Shown in pieces: positions 13,008 to 24,855 of a stretch of DNA of 64,000 nucleotides. A model generated the notes under the pieces. The model saw only the letters and a program-made list of their open reading frames with translations, did no database searches and was not told where the DNA came from. Each line of letters opens with the position of its first letter. Position 1 is the first letter of the stretch. Source of the DNA: Perna viridis (taxonomy: Eukaryota). A program made the position numbers and the translations under genes. The DNA lies in assembly GCA_037379345.1 (NCBI GenBank), contig CM074517.1:31496001-31560000 (forward strand), read 5' to 3'.

Positions 13008-14862
13008 TTGACATTGACCATTGTCAACACTTTAATCATTTTGTTCAATTCTTCAAAATATCATTTTAAAAATTATATAAGATGTCAAAGTTTCAGTTTT
13101 CTTGCATTTTCCTAAGGGCACTAATTTGTCTGGAACACAGACACATTAATGTTACACGAGGATTAAGTTTTCAATGTCGAATGGGGCAGTGGGATTAAAA
13201 ACATATTATCTCATGACATGTAATTGAAAAATAGTATTGAAATATGAACATACAAGCAATTAACAAACATAAACTGACAATTAATTACCTACAAATTGTG
13301 ATGAAAATAGTATTTTATCACTCAGTTGGTTATATGAAATTTTCAAAATGACAGAATGACAAAATATAGGGATTAAGTCATCATTTTATTTGCAAGCAAA
13401 TAGTTTTTTGTTATACATTTCCAGTCCCATTATAATGATATACAGAAAAATGTATAGAAAAGGTATGGATTTACAAAAGATAATGGCTGTTTTCTGTCCC
13501 CAAGGAAGACTATGGGAAATAATTTATGTATTTACTGAAATGAATGAACTATTTTAAAAGAAAGGGTTTCCTGTTCCATACATTCAGCATTTAAAACATG
13601 TGATAACAATGAAGAGTTTTCAATTATGTCAAAACGATAGATATGCATTCAAGTGCATATATTGGGTAAATAATGAAAACAAGAGTTGTGAATGGACAAC
13701 CTTGTCTCATCGTTTTTTTTTTTTTTGTTTTTTTTTTGTAAAGGAAGGAATTAACGAATACATATTAATTCAAGTATTTCTTAAATGCTCGAGTTTCAAC
13801 TGAATATTACAGCTAATCAAATGTTCAAAGTAGTTTTTAAATTAAACATTTTTCGTAAACCTTTTTATTTTTGTTTAAAGATATAATAATGGGTTTCGGA
13901 GTGTATCAGGGAAATATTAACATCCCGGACTTTGTGGGAATGTGTTATTATTAATTTATTGAAATAAGAATATATCATTATGACATTCAAACACCACAAA
14001 CTGAAAGAAAATAGATTAGTACATAATAAAGGAATTGTTTCTGAAATCAATTCTCACATTTGTCGAACAGTTACATGACATTCGCGGTAATACATCAGCT
14101 CTGGTCGACATATCAGCTATGACGACACAACTCATAAGGTGCAGTAGTATGGGAAAATTGTAGCTAGCTTTGACAGATCTTAAATCATTTAATGAAACGT
14201 ACAAATTACTAGTGATGGACACTGAATTATGTGACACTAGGTCCTACAATGTTAAGCGTCTTGTAATATTTCGATTAACAACGATTTTACACGATATGCT
14301 CAAGGCCATTAGAGGATGATAATGACGTACTCATGCCTTTATCAGAATGTTTGGTGTTAAAGATAATATCTAATCGACAACATAACTGTTAATCAAGATA
14401 TTCGTCAAAATAGAAATGAGCACTTCGCTTTGTATGATAAAAATATAACTTATGTTTAAAAACGCTACAAAAATATGAATATTTTTCTGTTCACGACAAA
14501 TAGAAACATATTTTGTATAAAACAGTATACTAGTATATTGTGTGTAAACAAGCTTAAACGCATGGATTCGTGGAATCATGTATTCCACTGGTCAGACGTG
14601 AAGTGTTCCTTTTTCAATGATTTATGTAAATAAAAAATCTTTTTATATCTCAACTTAAACCAGTGAGTCATGGGTTGTAATTGAAACAAACTCAACCTTG
14701 TTGATTATCAAAAGCAAAAGCAGCTAGGTTTTAGTATATGTGCCATCAAAAAGACTTTAAAATATAAAGATCGAAGGAGTTACGAAAATGTTGATATGCT
14801 CGACTGAGCAAAATAAATTCGACGAATTGCGTTTATTAGTTGTTTATATATATATATATAAG

Positions 14863-15347
14863 TTTACGTTATCTTCCCTGTATCAATTTGATCCGATGGA
14901 GCAGTGTAGAGGATAGAGTCGTCACATTCTGAGACGTTGTATAATATTGATTTGTTGTGACATGCATCATTAATTTGATCCTCTATCCTAAATAATAACA
15001 CCCAGATGAACTGTCCCGTACTACCATACATCGTGTACTAAGTTACAGCCCTAGATTAATCCTACGAGGAGGAATCACCCGGCCAGCGAAAGCTATATTT
15101 TAATATAGCCTAGCTGGCCGAGTGGTCTAGGGCGCTAGACTTAGTGCAGGCGGTGTTGCCATAGATGTCACAGCGGTACGAGTTCGAGTCCCGCGGAGGG
15201 AACGGCAAACATTTGCTTCGCAAATTTGACAGTTCTAACATCGTTGGGTTTTTTTCAGACCCTTCTATAAATTTACGTTATCTCCCCTGTATCAATTTGA
15301 TCCGATGAAGCAGTGTAGAGAATAGAGTCGTCACATTCTGAGACGTT
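14863..15347 (+). mobile_element. Direct-repeat element with internal tRNA-like Pol III cassette inserted in (TA)n (subfamily A, intact)
   Basis: 76-bp direct repeats at 14863-14938 and 15272-15347 (73/76 identical, period 409), with (TA)n on both flanks. A-box TGGCCGAGTGG at 15115 and B-box GTTCGAGTCC at 15182-15191. Confidence 0.85.
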
Positions 15348-16153
15348 ATATATATATAATTACGGAAAGTTTTGGTAATGCTAGGCTGTTGCGCAATATT
15401 TGTATTGCAGACATGTTAGCGACATGCATTACTAATGATTAAATTGTTAATGCTTCTTTTAGTTATAATTTCTAAGTCAGGCAAACGATTAGATAGGGGT
15501 TTCCAGTGATACACCTTGTAGTTACCTGATTTAAAAAAAATATTTCCCATGGTCAATTTCTGGTATTATATTTTTGTATGTCAGTGTAAAAACTTTCCGA
15601 GTAATGAAAAATAAAAAATGACAGCAAAGCAATTTGCTGTCGTTAAAAACCGTTTATGGTCATTCGGAAAACAATAGAAAGAAATCTTCACACATTTAAT
15701 GTAATCCTTATGAAATATGTTCAGATGTCAATCAAGATTTATGTAGCAATAATAATCAATAACAAATATATACTTGGCACGTTGATCCCTAAAATTGATT
15801 TTGACCGCAATAAAAATGTTCGGTGTCAAACAATCAAGGACATCTTTGCGTAAAACGTAAGATATTTAAAAAAAAATCCCAAAGAAATAGGGAAAAAAAA
15901 CACTTAAAAAAATCCATACGCCACAAAGTTTTTTTTTATCAAATATTCGAGTAACTGAACATAATAAAAACTGCATTTACAGCTTCATTCAACTGTCTCA
16001 ATTTTGTAACTGTATAATATGCAAATATAGTGTGTATGTGTGTGTGTTTGTGTGGTAACACACTTAAGTCGATGTGCCTCCAAAACTGTAAGATTAGGGA
16101 AATTCTCCCAGACCCACGGAGGCTAGAGCTTAAACACAGAGGCCCAGCCGATT

Positions 16154-16291
16154 TTAGGACATACTCAGATCGAGTTCTTCAGTCCGGTATCCCGATGACT
16201 GGGCTCCGCCACCAACATCTGTTGATTCATTAGTAACAGCAGCTTCTAACAGAATTCCCACCAGGATAGTCAAAAGAGAAAAAATCACCAT
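16154..16291 (-). CDS. Candidate 45-aa secreted micropeptide or signal-peptide exon (MVIFSLLTILVGILLEAAVTNESTDVGGGAQSSGYRTEELDLSMS)
   Basis: Acceptor TTTTTTTCAGCAG 16-19 nt upstream, ATG in AAAATGG context, hydrophobic 20-aa N-terminus, and GC-richer than its flanks. Too short for the ORF track; no homology recognised. Confidence 0.4.
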   Translation of the reverse strand: MVIFSLLTILVGILLEAAVTNESTDVGGGAQSSGYRTEELDLSMS

Positions 16292-16719
16292 TTTAATGAA
16301 GTTTAATCTGCTGAAAAAAATACACAGTAGGTAATTGAATGGTTTTGAGTGTAAGTTTTTAGTTTTGTCATTTTAAGTGTACACATGGCGCAAATCAAAA
16401 AATGATCATAATTAATCTAAAAATATTAATACCTAGTGATTCTTTTGAAGGCCTTGAAATCATGTAACAACAAGCTGAAGTACATGTGATTTCATTTTTA
16501 ACAAAACGCTAATAATACGTACAGTTTTGGTATTTTTCAATTTAAGATACTCTTAATTTTGGTTATTTTTAATGTATTCAAACTTATATTTACGACAAAA
16601 TTGCTGGCCTTACACATTTCATTAATTATTCGGAATTTCTTTTTGGAGAATATATGCATGCACATGCATGCACATGTTCAGTAGTTGTTAAACATTGAGA
16701 TAAGCTTATTTCTGGTTAG

Positions 16720-16925
16720 GTCATAAACCCATAAACCATATAGAAGATAGTCTCAATTAGTTTGTGGCTGCATTCAAATGACTTTCACACACAGACATGT
16801 AATATGTTGTCATGCCACGAGCGCTGTCAATGATTGTAAATGACCATAACAATTAGTAACTAAACAATCCATGTTTCTGTCCTGTAAACATCGTGCCAAC
16901 AAGTTGTGAAATATATGATTTATGG
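16720..16925. promoter_or_regulatory. Candidate Hox/Pbx/Meis enhancer
   Basis: GTCATAAA (16720), CCATAAA (16729), Meis-type CTGTCA (16824) and an exact Pbx-Hox composite TGATTTATGG (16916-16925) within about 200 bp. Motif match only. Confidence 0.35.
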
Positions 16926-19493
16926 TGTCCTAAGTTTTAGAAATAAAATGGGTTGCATTATCCTCAACGAAAAGGCTGAGTGAGTTATAATTTGAAACAA
17001 AATTTCTTAACATCAAATCGCACTAATGTTTTATACTACAATGTACATTATCAGGGTACTAGTAATTGAGCAGACTTGATACAGGTGTTTTAAAATTTCG
17101 TAGTTTCTTATGAGAATTGTAATTATATTTTATTTTCGAGAATACAACAAATGACTTTAATAACTAATTAAAAACAGAGCAGTCTTTGTTTAAGTCTGTA
17201 TGGTGCATTATATATTTTAATGATGACATTTTGCATTGCTTTATTTTCTCTCCCTAGGGTACACATTTGAAATAGCAACACTTTGTTTACGACTTGAGGT
17301 TAACATCTTCTGTCTCCCCTTTGTCATGCATACGATGTTTTTGTTCACGTAGGAATGCTGGGATGAAACCAAAAATAATGGGAACGATAATGTTTCTTCA
17401 TCCGCCTTATTATACATAATAATGTGATATTTGTTGTCTCTAAATGTAACACATTTTTCACCTCCTGGCAAACTCATGTAAATAATAATGTCAAACTCTT
17501 AGTCGTAATAGATTGTAATGGTCTCGAATCGACATGATATATATTCTTTAAAGCTTTTATTTCATTTCCATATAGTACGGGCACAAATGGTTTCAGTCTT
17601 ATGATATTTGATTTGAAAGACCATAATTATGAAACCGTAATAAATGAGGCTTAATGTAGCTTGATGTACTATTTTGCTTTTTTTCTGAATTGACAATGAA
17701 CATACAGACAAGATAATAATTATAATTGTTTAACAGTCAGTAGCACAATTGGCAGTTATGATTTTAAATACTATGATAATTTCAAATGATACTGGGAATA
17801 CGACAGGGTTGTCCATTTAACGTTAGTTTTTTTTCACAATTACGCAAGCATGGGTCTGTTCTATACACATTCAGCTCATTTTAATAATGGGAAATAGAAG
17901 ATCAGCCCGGAAAAAAATCAGTAGCGCAAAAGTCAAACCGTTTTGTATATTTTTAGTTCATTTTCTGATTGACTGTGGTCATTTTGAACAACGCAGTATT
18001 CTTCTGAAAAGGAACCTTATTTTTATTTGACTTAGACCTTAGTGCCGTTATAGTTAATTATACTACTTTAAAACAAAATCATGTGAGTTAATATTTCGTA
18101 TCAAAAGACCGATGTGCAACAAGATCGTTTAGTCTCGTTATATGTTTCTAAACAAAGAGATGTATGAAATAAAACATTTTAAATCCTTAAAAACGATAAC
18201 AACAGGAGAATTACACATGCGTCCAAGTGCATTTGTTCCCAGGGCTTTTTCACAGGTACAAGAATTTATTTGACAACCTCTTTACACAAATAATATGAAT
18301 TATGGTAGCTATAAGCGATGTTGCGCCATCTGAACCGACCCTCATTTTTCATCACTAGAAAATGGTAACAATTAATCGTTAAAGACTTTTTTGTCATTGT
18401 TTTACTCGCTATTCAATCTATTATTCTGGTGGGTAACAAATGCACCTAACGATGTAGACACCATGATCATTTTTCATTTCTGAAAAGGCTAATAAACGTT
18501 AAATCAGAAGTTCATCATGTTTATAAGGCAGCAACTGTTATTTCAACACGTTTTCTCAACTTTATCTGTAACCTTTAATTGTCTGAAAGTGGATGTTTGA
18601 AGCAAGGACTGCACGGTCATTTATAGATTAATTACATCTTCAAATTGTTTTCAATTTATGGAATGTCTAGCCTGTGGTTTATTTGTTCTGGTCGTTTTAG
18701 TTTTTCACTGTGGTCATGGAGAACATGTAATTAAAAAAAGACGAAAGAAGTTGAGGCAACGCCTTTAATACCGCATCATCATACACGCACTTGGTCTACA
18801 AACTTGTTAGTGTACTAAAATTATTTCATTTATTTATTTATTTTTAAAAATTGTAATGGTTTCATTTTTAATTTTATATAATTGAATCGGACGTTCCAAT
18901 GAAAGTTAGGGGCTGTAAAACATGGCTTAAAAGTGAACAAGCTATGAAGCAAAGACGATCTACATACACAATGTAACGAACCAAATTAAAAAGATTACAC
19001 ATAAAAACTTGAGATAAGGAAAACAAGACGTCACAGAAAAAGAAATGCAAAAAAAAAAAAATAAGAAACAAAACAAAACAAAACAAAAGTATGTGTGCTA
19101 CTACCAACCTGGAAAGTATGTTAAATGAGCATTCTGAAGAAACTGAAGAACGCCTATAGCCGAAACGTTTCTCCAAAGTGTCAAAATCGGCAAAGACAAA
19201 GATAATTCTGTCACAAAATCAGAAATCACTGCCAAATATATATTCAAATACAGCATGCGCTTTCATATCTACTACCATATGAGCTACTGTTTTCCTTATG
19301 TTTTGGTAATTGAGAATGCTCATTCGAGTTATACCCCTTCTGATTGGTATCAGAGGCACCTGTCCGATCATTTTTTCGTTACGAGTAAATGTAAAATACA
19401 ACACATTTAGCTGTTTTAAACGTTTTTGGTCATTTGCAATACTTCACTTGCTCTGAAAGGGAGTACACTGTTTTACAGTTTTCTCAGCAACTA

Positions 19494-19507
19494 GTTGCCA
19501 TGACAAC
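19494..19507. promoter_or_regulatory. RFX X-box-like palindrome
   Basis: GTTGCCATGACAAC, 13/14 match to GTTGCCATGGCAAC; TTTTATGG follows 12 bp later. Confidence 0.35.
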
Positions 19508-19640
19508 TTGACATAAGCTTTTATGGATGCCCCAAATTGTGGGGTTGATTTCCGTTTTGGCCGAAAACAACCTACCGCTTGACGACTCGGTTTATATTTG
19601 GTACGTAAGTTGGGGTGCGGGTATCACTTATGGGCGTCGG

Positions 19641-19644
<4 letters not shown>

Positions 19645-19703
<59 letters not shown>
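19645..19703. repeat. (CT)n microsatellite, about 29 units
   Basis: Direct reading. Confidence 0.98.
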
Positions 19704-19706
<3 letters not shown>

Positions 19707-21029
19707 TGTGCTTGGTTACTTTGTTTCATATTTACAACTACTACAAATGTAGACCTTTAAAAAGCATCCGCTTTGGTAGTGGTAGTACTATTAAATTTTC
19801 CAATCATTTGTTCGTATTGTCTAAAAATATCTTTGAGTGTTTAGTATATTCCATTAAATGGACTCTATTGTTATAATGACAGATGTTATCAGACATAAGT
19901 TCTCTAATATTCCTCGTATTAGAGGTGTAAATGGTAATTTCACTCAATTAAACATTTAATCACTCCAATATTTTAACATAGTCATTCCGTTTTTATCTTA
20001 TTCATTTCTTATTATTTTCTCGCCGTGAAACATCGAAATTCACTCGCGACGTCCAGGGGGTCTCCAAAAACCCATTATCTGGACATTTGGAATGTCCGAA
20101 AAGTGACCAACGCACATGATCGGAAGATTTTTGCCGATAGATGTCCAGTAAAAACCTCTGAACCTGATCGACAATCATTTGCTAACCATTTTAACAATAG
20201 AGAAAACTAATTTAATTCCCAATCTCATTTCTCTACGTAATTATCGGCCGTAAAATAAACTATTTAACAAACGGTCGCTGAAAGCTTAAATAGAAGGCTT
20301 TAATCGATTTCCAAACATAAAATGAAAGAGGCCTAACTCGCATTTTCCATCTTGCGTAATATATCATTATTTGTAAATGTTTATAAATAAAACTGTATTG
20401 CCCATCTTCAGTAATGTTCTAAATCCCTTTGATCTTTCAGGTGTGCACTGGTAATTTACTATTAGTCGGTTTAAACTTGTAAAGAACCGTTATATTCGCT
20501 GGCCTGTTCACTTAATAGTCTCCCTAAGGTTCACGATTGTTACCGATTTGTCTCAAATTAGATATATGAATTTCATAAAATGTCTTATTTAAAACGCACG
20601 ACGGGGCAATTCAAATACAGCCACCTGGGGTAAGAGCAGAGATGAGTAAGTAAAAATAATTGACCTGTCAATGTTGCCCTGTATGAAAACGGGGGACATC
20701 GACAACTAGCCTTGCAAGCAGGAAATATATAAGTAAGATTCCATCCCATACTTCATTACCTGCTACTCCCTGTTTCTCTCAAGTTTTCTCCCGAACTTAA
20801 TTTGAATGTGCTTGACTTCCGTTACAAGAGCAGAAAAGTACGGCGCTTAAATAACAAATGTGACAGTTTATTGGTAGCAACAATGGTAAATCATGAAAAC
20901 AAAAGATTTCGGTAGAGCTTCATGAACATCTATCAGGGTCATTACTTTTTCTTTCAAGTGCAAGCTGTTTCCAGGAAACCAACATAAACCCACGCGTTAT
21001 AATGAAAGTACCTGATATCAGTTCTGACA

Positions 21030-21340
21030 AGTTAAAGAAATTTTTGCATCGTGCCGAACTTCTTACAAATAAGCTACTGAAACAAGATTTTGTTGCCACA
21101 AGGCTAAAGTCATCATTTCAAAAATTATAAACTCGTTAATCGTTATGATGTGGCCTTGCATCTCCACCTCCTCGTTAGGACCAGATTTGTTCTCAACGTC
21201 ATATAGTTTCCTTCTTTCGTTTTAACCCGGAAATGACATCAGATGAGCAATTCGACGGTGTTTCTAGAAAAGCAGACGACGCTTATTCTGCCTATGCGTC
21301 TGATTCTTATCTTTATACAGTTTTAATAGAGTTCTGTTTT
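21030..21340 (+). mobile_element. Penelope-like retroelement RT C-terminus and 3' UTR remnant
   Basis: Translates FLHRAELLTNKLLKQDFVATRLKSSFQKL*, followed by the shared 3' motif GGTGTTTCTAGAAAAGCAGACGACGCTTA. Homologous to 24355-24855, 44008-44410 and 61826-62270. Confidence 0.7.
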
Positions 21341-21457
21341 TTTTTCATTTATATTTAGTAGTTTCTTTGCGTATTCATGTAAGTAAAACATGTATTAATT
21401 ATTAACTTGGTCTAGACCTAGTGCCCGGATCACGTATATAATGTTCCTCGTTCTAAT

Positions 21458-21517
21458 CGAGACTTGAAAAGAGAATAGACCATATATAACCATGATCTAT
21501 TCTATTTTCAAATCTCG
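21458..21517. repeat. 60-nt near-perfect hairpin
   Basis: 26-bp arms CGAGACTTGAAAAGAGAATAGACCAT / ATGATCTATTCTATTTTCAAATCTCG with an 8-nt loop and 3 non-Watson-Crick positions. Confidence 0.75.
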
Positions 21518-22951
21518 TCTTGTCGTCCGATATTGCATTAACACTGTTTTATGACATTCGGGTCTCTCCGCTCGAGACGGTGAAATGGAGTCAAGATAGT
21601 GTATCATTTGCTTTTTTTTATGCAGGAGTCTGATGAATGCTTATAACTACATACACTTTCATCACCACCGCTTCCTATGAGAGCCCAATTTCTACTTTAC
21701 TTTTAGTTATATTCTTTCTTCACGTTACTGCGCCCAAGGGTCTTCAAAGAGGCAGATGGCTGTTTAACTTTACTGTGTACTTTTCACTATGTTGCTATTC
21801 TTCCAAAAAAATACGACGTGTCTTTTACCGGGTTGCATTCCACAACTGTATTTAGTAGCTATAAAATCGGTGATTCATGGAAATTACATTGTATATTTGA
21901 TGTCATTAGTAGCTTGAACTTTTGGTCCTTTCATATGATACAAATAATTTAAAATTGATCGTGGAACTAAGTAAAAACTGAAATTTTAAAACCATTAATT
22001 TTTTGGTCATGATTTTCATCATGAAAACAGATGTATAGAGGACGTAAGAATTCATTTCTGAAAATTATAAATCTTTTCAAGAGGCCTAATTCAGTGTAAA
22101 ATTTAAGTATCTCCCAAAAGTTCTAACCAAGAGGCTGACTAAATGATGCTTAAATTTAAATGTATTTTGTATGTTTCTTTATATCATAAGTTAAATGGTT
22201 CCTGTATGAATGGGACATTTATCTTTCAAGTTTACCCTTTGAAGATTATATTTTGTAAAAGGATAAGATGCATCAAAAATAAATATTATAATTACTTTTC
22301 TATCTCATTGAGTATGTGTGCATGCAATCATGTTGATTCACCACACGACGCCAGTTAGTGCAGACACTATGATTTTTCGGCAAGGGCATAATCTAGTTAA
22401 CGAAACTCTAAAAAAGGTACCTTGAATTGTGAAAAGCATCGATCTAGAAGCAATTTTCTTTCTTACTGTTGAAGTTGCACTTGTTTTGAGGCGAAAGAGG
22501 TTCGTGTAACCCGACTGTTATGGAAAAGCAACTTTATACTTGTAGAAGTACACTGTAATGGTAGAAGTTCTTAATGTGATGTTGGTACTGACAATACAAG
22601 CAGATGTACATTAACAATTATGCGATAAGTGTATTGATAGTATCTAAACCTTTTTTTTTTTAAGACGGACTTGATAGTGGAAGTCTGATAACATACAAAA
22701 GAATCATGTCTACGTAAATTACCGAGTTCAACACCCCTAAATGCGGTTAACGTGCATCCTGGTTAGGTTACTTTTAGGTTACAAAATCTATGATCCCCAT
22801 GCATTAAGGGTTAATGTGTGTTATGTTCCCTGTTCATATTTTACAAGTAAACATTCCATGCCCAGTTAAATAATGTCAATATAACACGCTATGGTGCACT
22901 AAACACTACTCTTGTTATGGTATTAAGAGGTGTCAATAATGGAGAGATTTT

Positions 22952-23104
22952 AATAGACCCTTTTGTGGCAAGTTTATGAGCATGCTCAATGTACACTTCC
23001 GCAAGGTTTGGCTTGGGAAATGAATTTTCCTCGCGGAAGTGTATATCAAGCATGCTCTACGCATGCTCATCTACTATCCCACAGTTAGCATAAAAGGGTA
23101 TATT
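22952..23104. mobile_element. ~150-bp MITE, copy 1
   Basis: TIRs AATAGACCCTTTT / AAAAGGGTATATT and internal inverted ATGAGCATGC / GCATGCTCAT. Second copy at 58793-58928. Confidence 0.75.
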
Positions 23105-24354
23105 GTCATCGTTATAACTTTCATATTTGTTTCAAATTTGCGTTACACAAAAGGCCAACTCGTAAAAAAACCAGAGTAGATGAGTATTTCAATGATCTAA
23201 TGGGAAATTTAAAATGGTTCATTCGAAAATACTATTTTAGTAGTATAATTGCAAGACCAAAATAAGTGTTAAAACGGAAATCACTCGGAACATCCTCGTG
23301 TGAGGAGAACTTAAACTTCAAACAAACACAAATCTTAAACATATGCGAACCTCTCTTTTAAAGAGTCGCATCTTTTGAAGGAATAAATATTGTTTTCAAG
23401 GTTTTTCTCTCTGAAAGCAAATGGAATCAGTCACGAAAAAAGAACACTGATTTCATGTGACCATTGATTTAAACTATCCGTTGTAAATTTTGTGGATTTG
23501 GTACATAAAATATGTCAGTTTTGTGAATAATTACTTGTGTAATTGTTTTTTGCTCATTTCTACAATCTTTCCAAATGTTCGTTCTTTGGTTCGTGTGAAC
23601 TCTTAATTCCGAAAATACGAAAGTGTAATTCATTTATCAAAGCGTTCTAGAACAGAGTAAAATACATTATAGGCAGATCCAAGGGAAAGCATGAAGACGT
23701 TCCCTATATGGTGGAAAACTTTGGTTAGTTTATAGAAAAATATAAATTAAATCACAGGAGCTGAAATGAAAACAACGTCCCCCTTTTGGGGGATTTCCTG
23801 GATCAGCCTCTGATTAATTTCTGCTATACGATCATTATTTGTACATTAAAGTATTAAATATCAGGTTAACCGCTTTATTGAAAAGTAGTTGTTTCCACAC
23901 CCTACAAACAAATAGGTTTTACAGTGAAAATCGTCGAATCTTTTTAGACAAACTAATTCTCATTATAAGCATTGAATTTATAGTAGCGAATCACGAAATT
24001 CAGTGTCATTTTGTCAAATGTTTCCAGTCACAAATTTTTAGTTGAATTTAATTTCTCATAAATGTTTTCGATGAAGGGGTCCATTATTTTTGGAATGTAT
24101 TTAGCAAGTCGAAAACCCCAAGTTAAATGGGATGGAAAACATATAGATTATTGACTATTAATGGTATGCTCATAAGAATCCATAAGTATATACTCAAAAC
24201 GAACATTGATAGGTTTGATCAGGAATAACATTCATCAAACGAAAAACACATCTTAATAATCCAAGATAACATCAATAAAGAAACAACGAAACAAAGACGT
24301 TTTGTCGAGATTCGGTATAAAAATAACTTGTACAATAAGCATCATATTCAAGAC

Positions 24355-24855
24355 TTTACTAGGCTTCTGGAATAAGGTTATGTTGCTGCAAGATTGAAGT
24401 AATCACTACAAAAGTTTTATGGTCATCATCACGAACTCGTGGTTCATTATAGTGTATCCATATGGGCATGGTTTCACGAAGCACTCTGGAGACTTGCGTC
24501 CACGTTAATCTTTAACAAACTAATGAGACTTAAAGTGTACGCAAGTCTTACGTAAGCTTTGTGAAACGATACCCAGCATTATGAGAACCGATTTGTTCAC
24601 TGTGCACTTTTCCTTTCCTTTAAAAGGACGTAATATTTCATGAGCAAATCGGTGGATGTTTCTAGAAAAGCAGAGTATGCATACCAAACCGGTGCAGCTA
24701 GTCCATGCTCCCAGTATTAAGTGGAGACCATGTTGCTCTTTGAGATTTGTTTCCTTATTTCATGTTCTTTGCTTTGTATGTCTTTCCTGTCTTGTCGTAT
24801 CCTTGGAATATATTCGTTTGATTTCCGCTTGAATCGTGGTTCCCTTGATTACTCT
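24355..24855 (+). mobile_element. Penelope-like RT C-terminus and 3' UTR remnant, interrupted by a MITE
   Basis: Translates RLLE*GYVAARLK*SLQKFYGHHHELVVHYSVSI; shared 3' motif GTTTCTAGAAAAGCAGAG..ACCGGTGCA..GTCCATGCTCCC. Confidence 0.75.
24463..24576. mobile_element. ~110-bp foldback MITE nested in the Penelope-like remnant
   Basis: TGGGCATGGTTTCACGAAGC / GCTTTGTGAAACGATACCCA TIRs plus inner AGACTTGCGT / ACGCAAGTCT. Absent from the homologous fragments. Confidence 0.7.

Noticed and set aside
14016-14237. 73-aa ORF as a downstream exon of the 16.2-kb signal-peptide exon
   Set aside because: The nearby acceptor gives an immediate stop in the required phase 1, and the peptide is featureless.
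19527-19876. ORFs with SLSLSL runs
   Set aside because: Translation of the (CT)n microsatellite.
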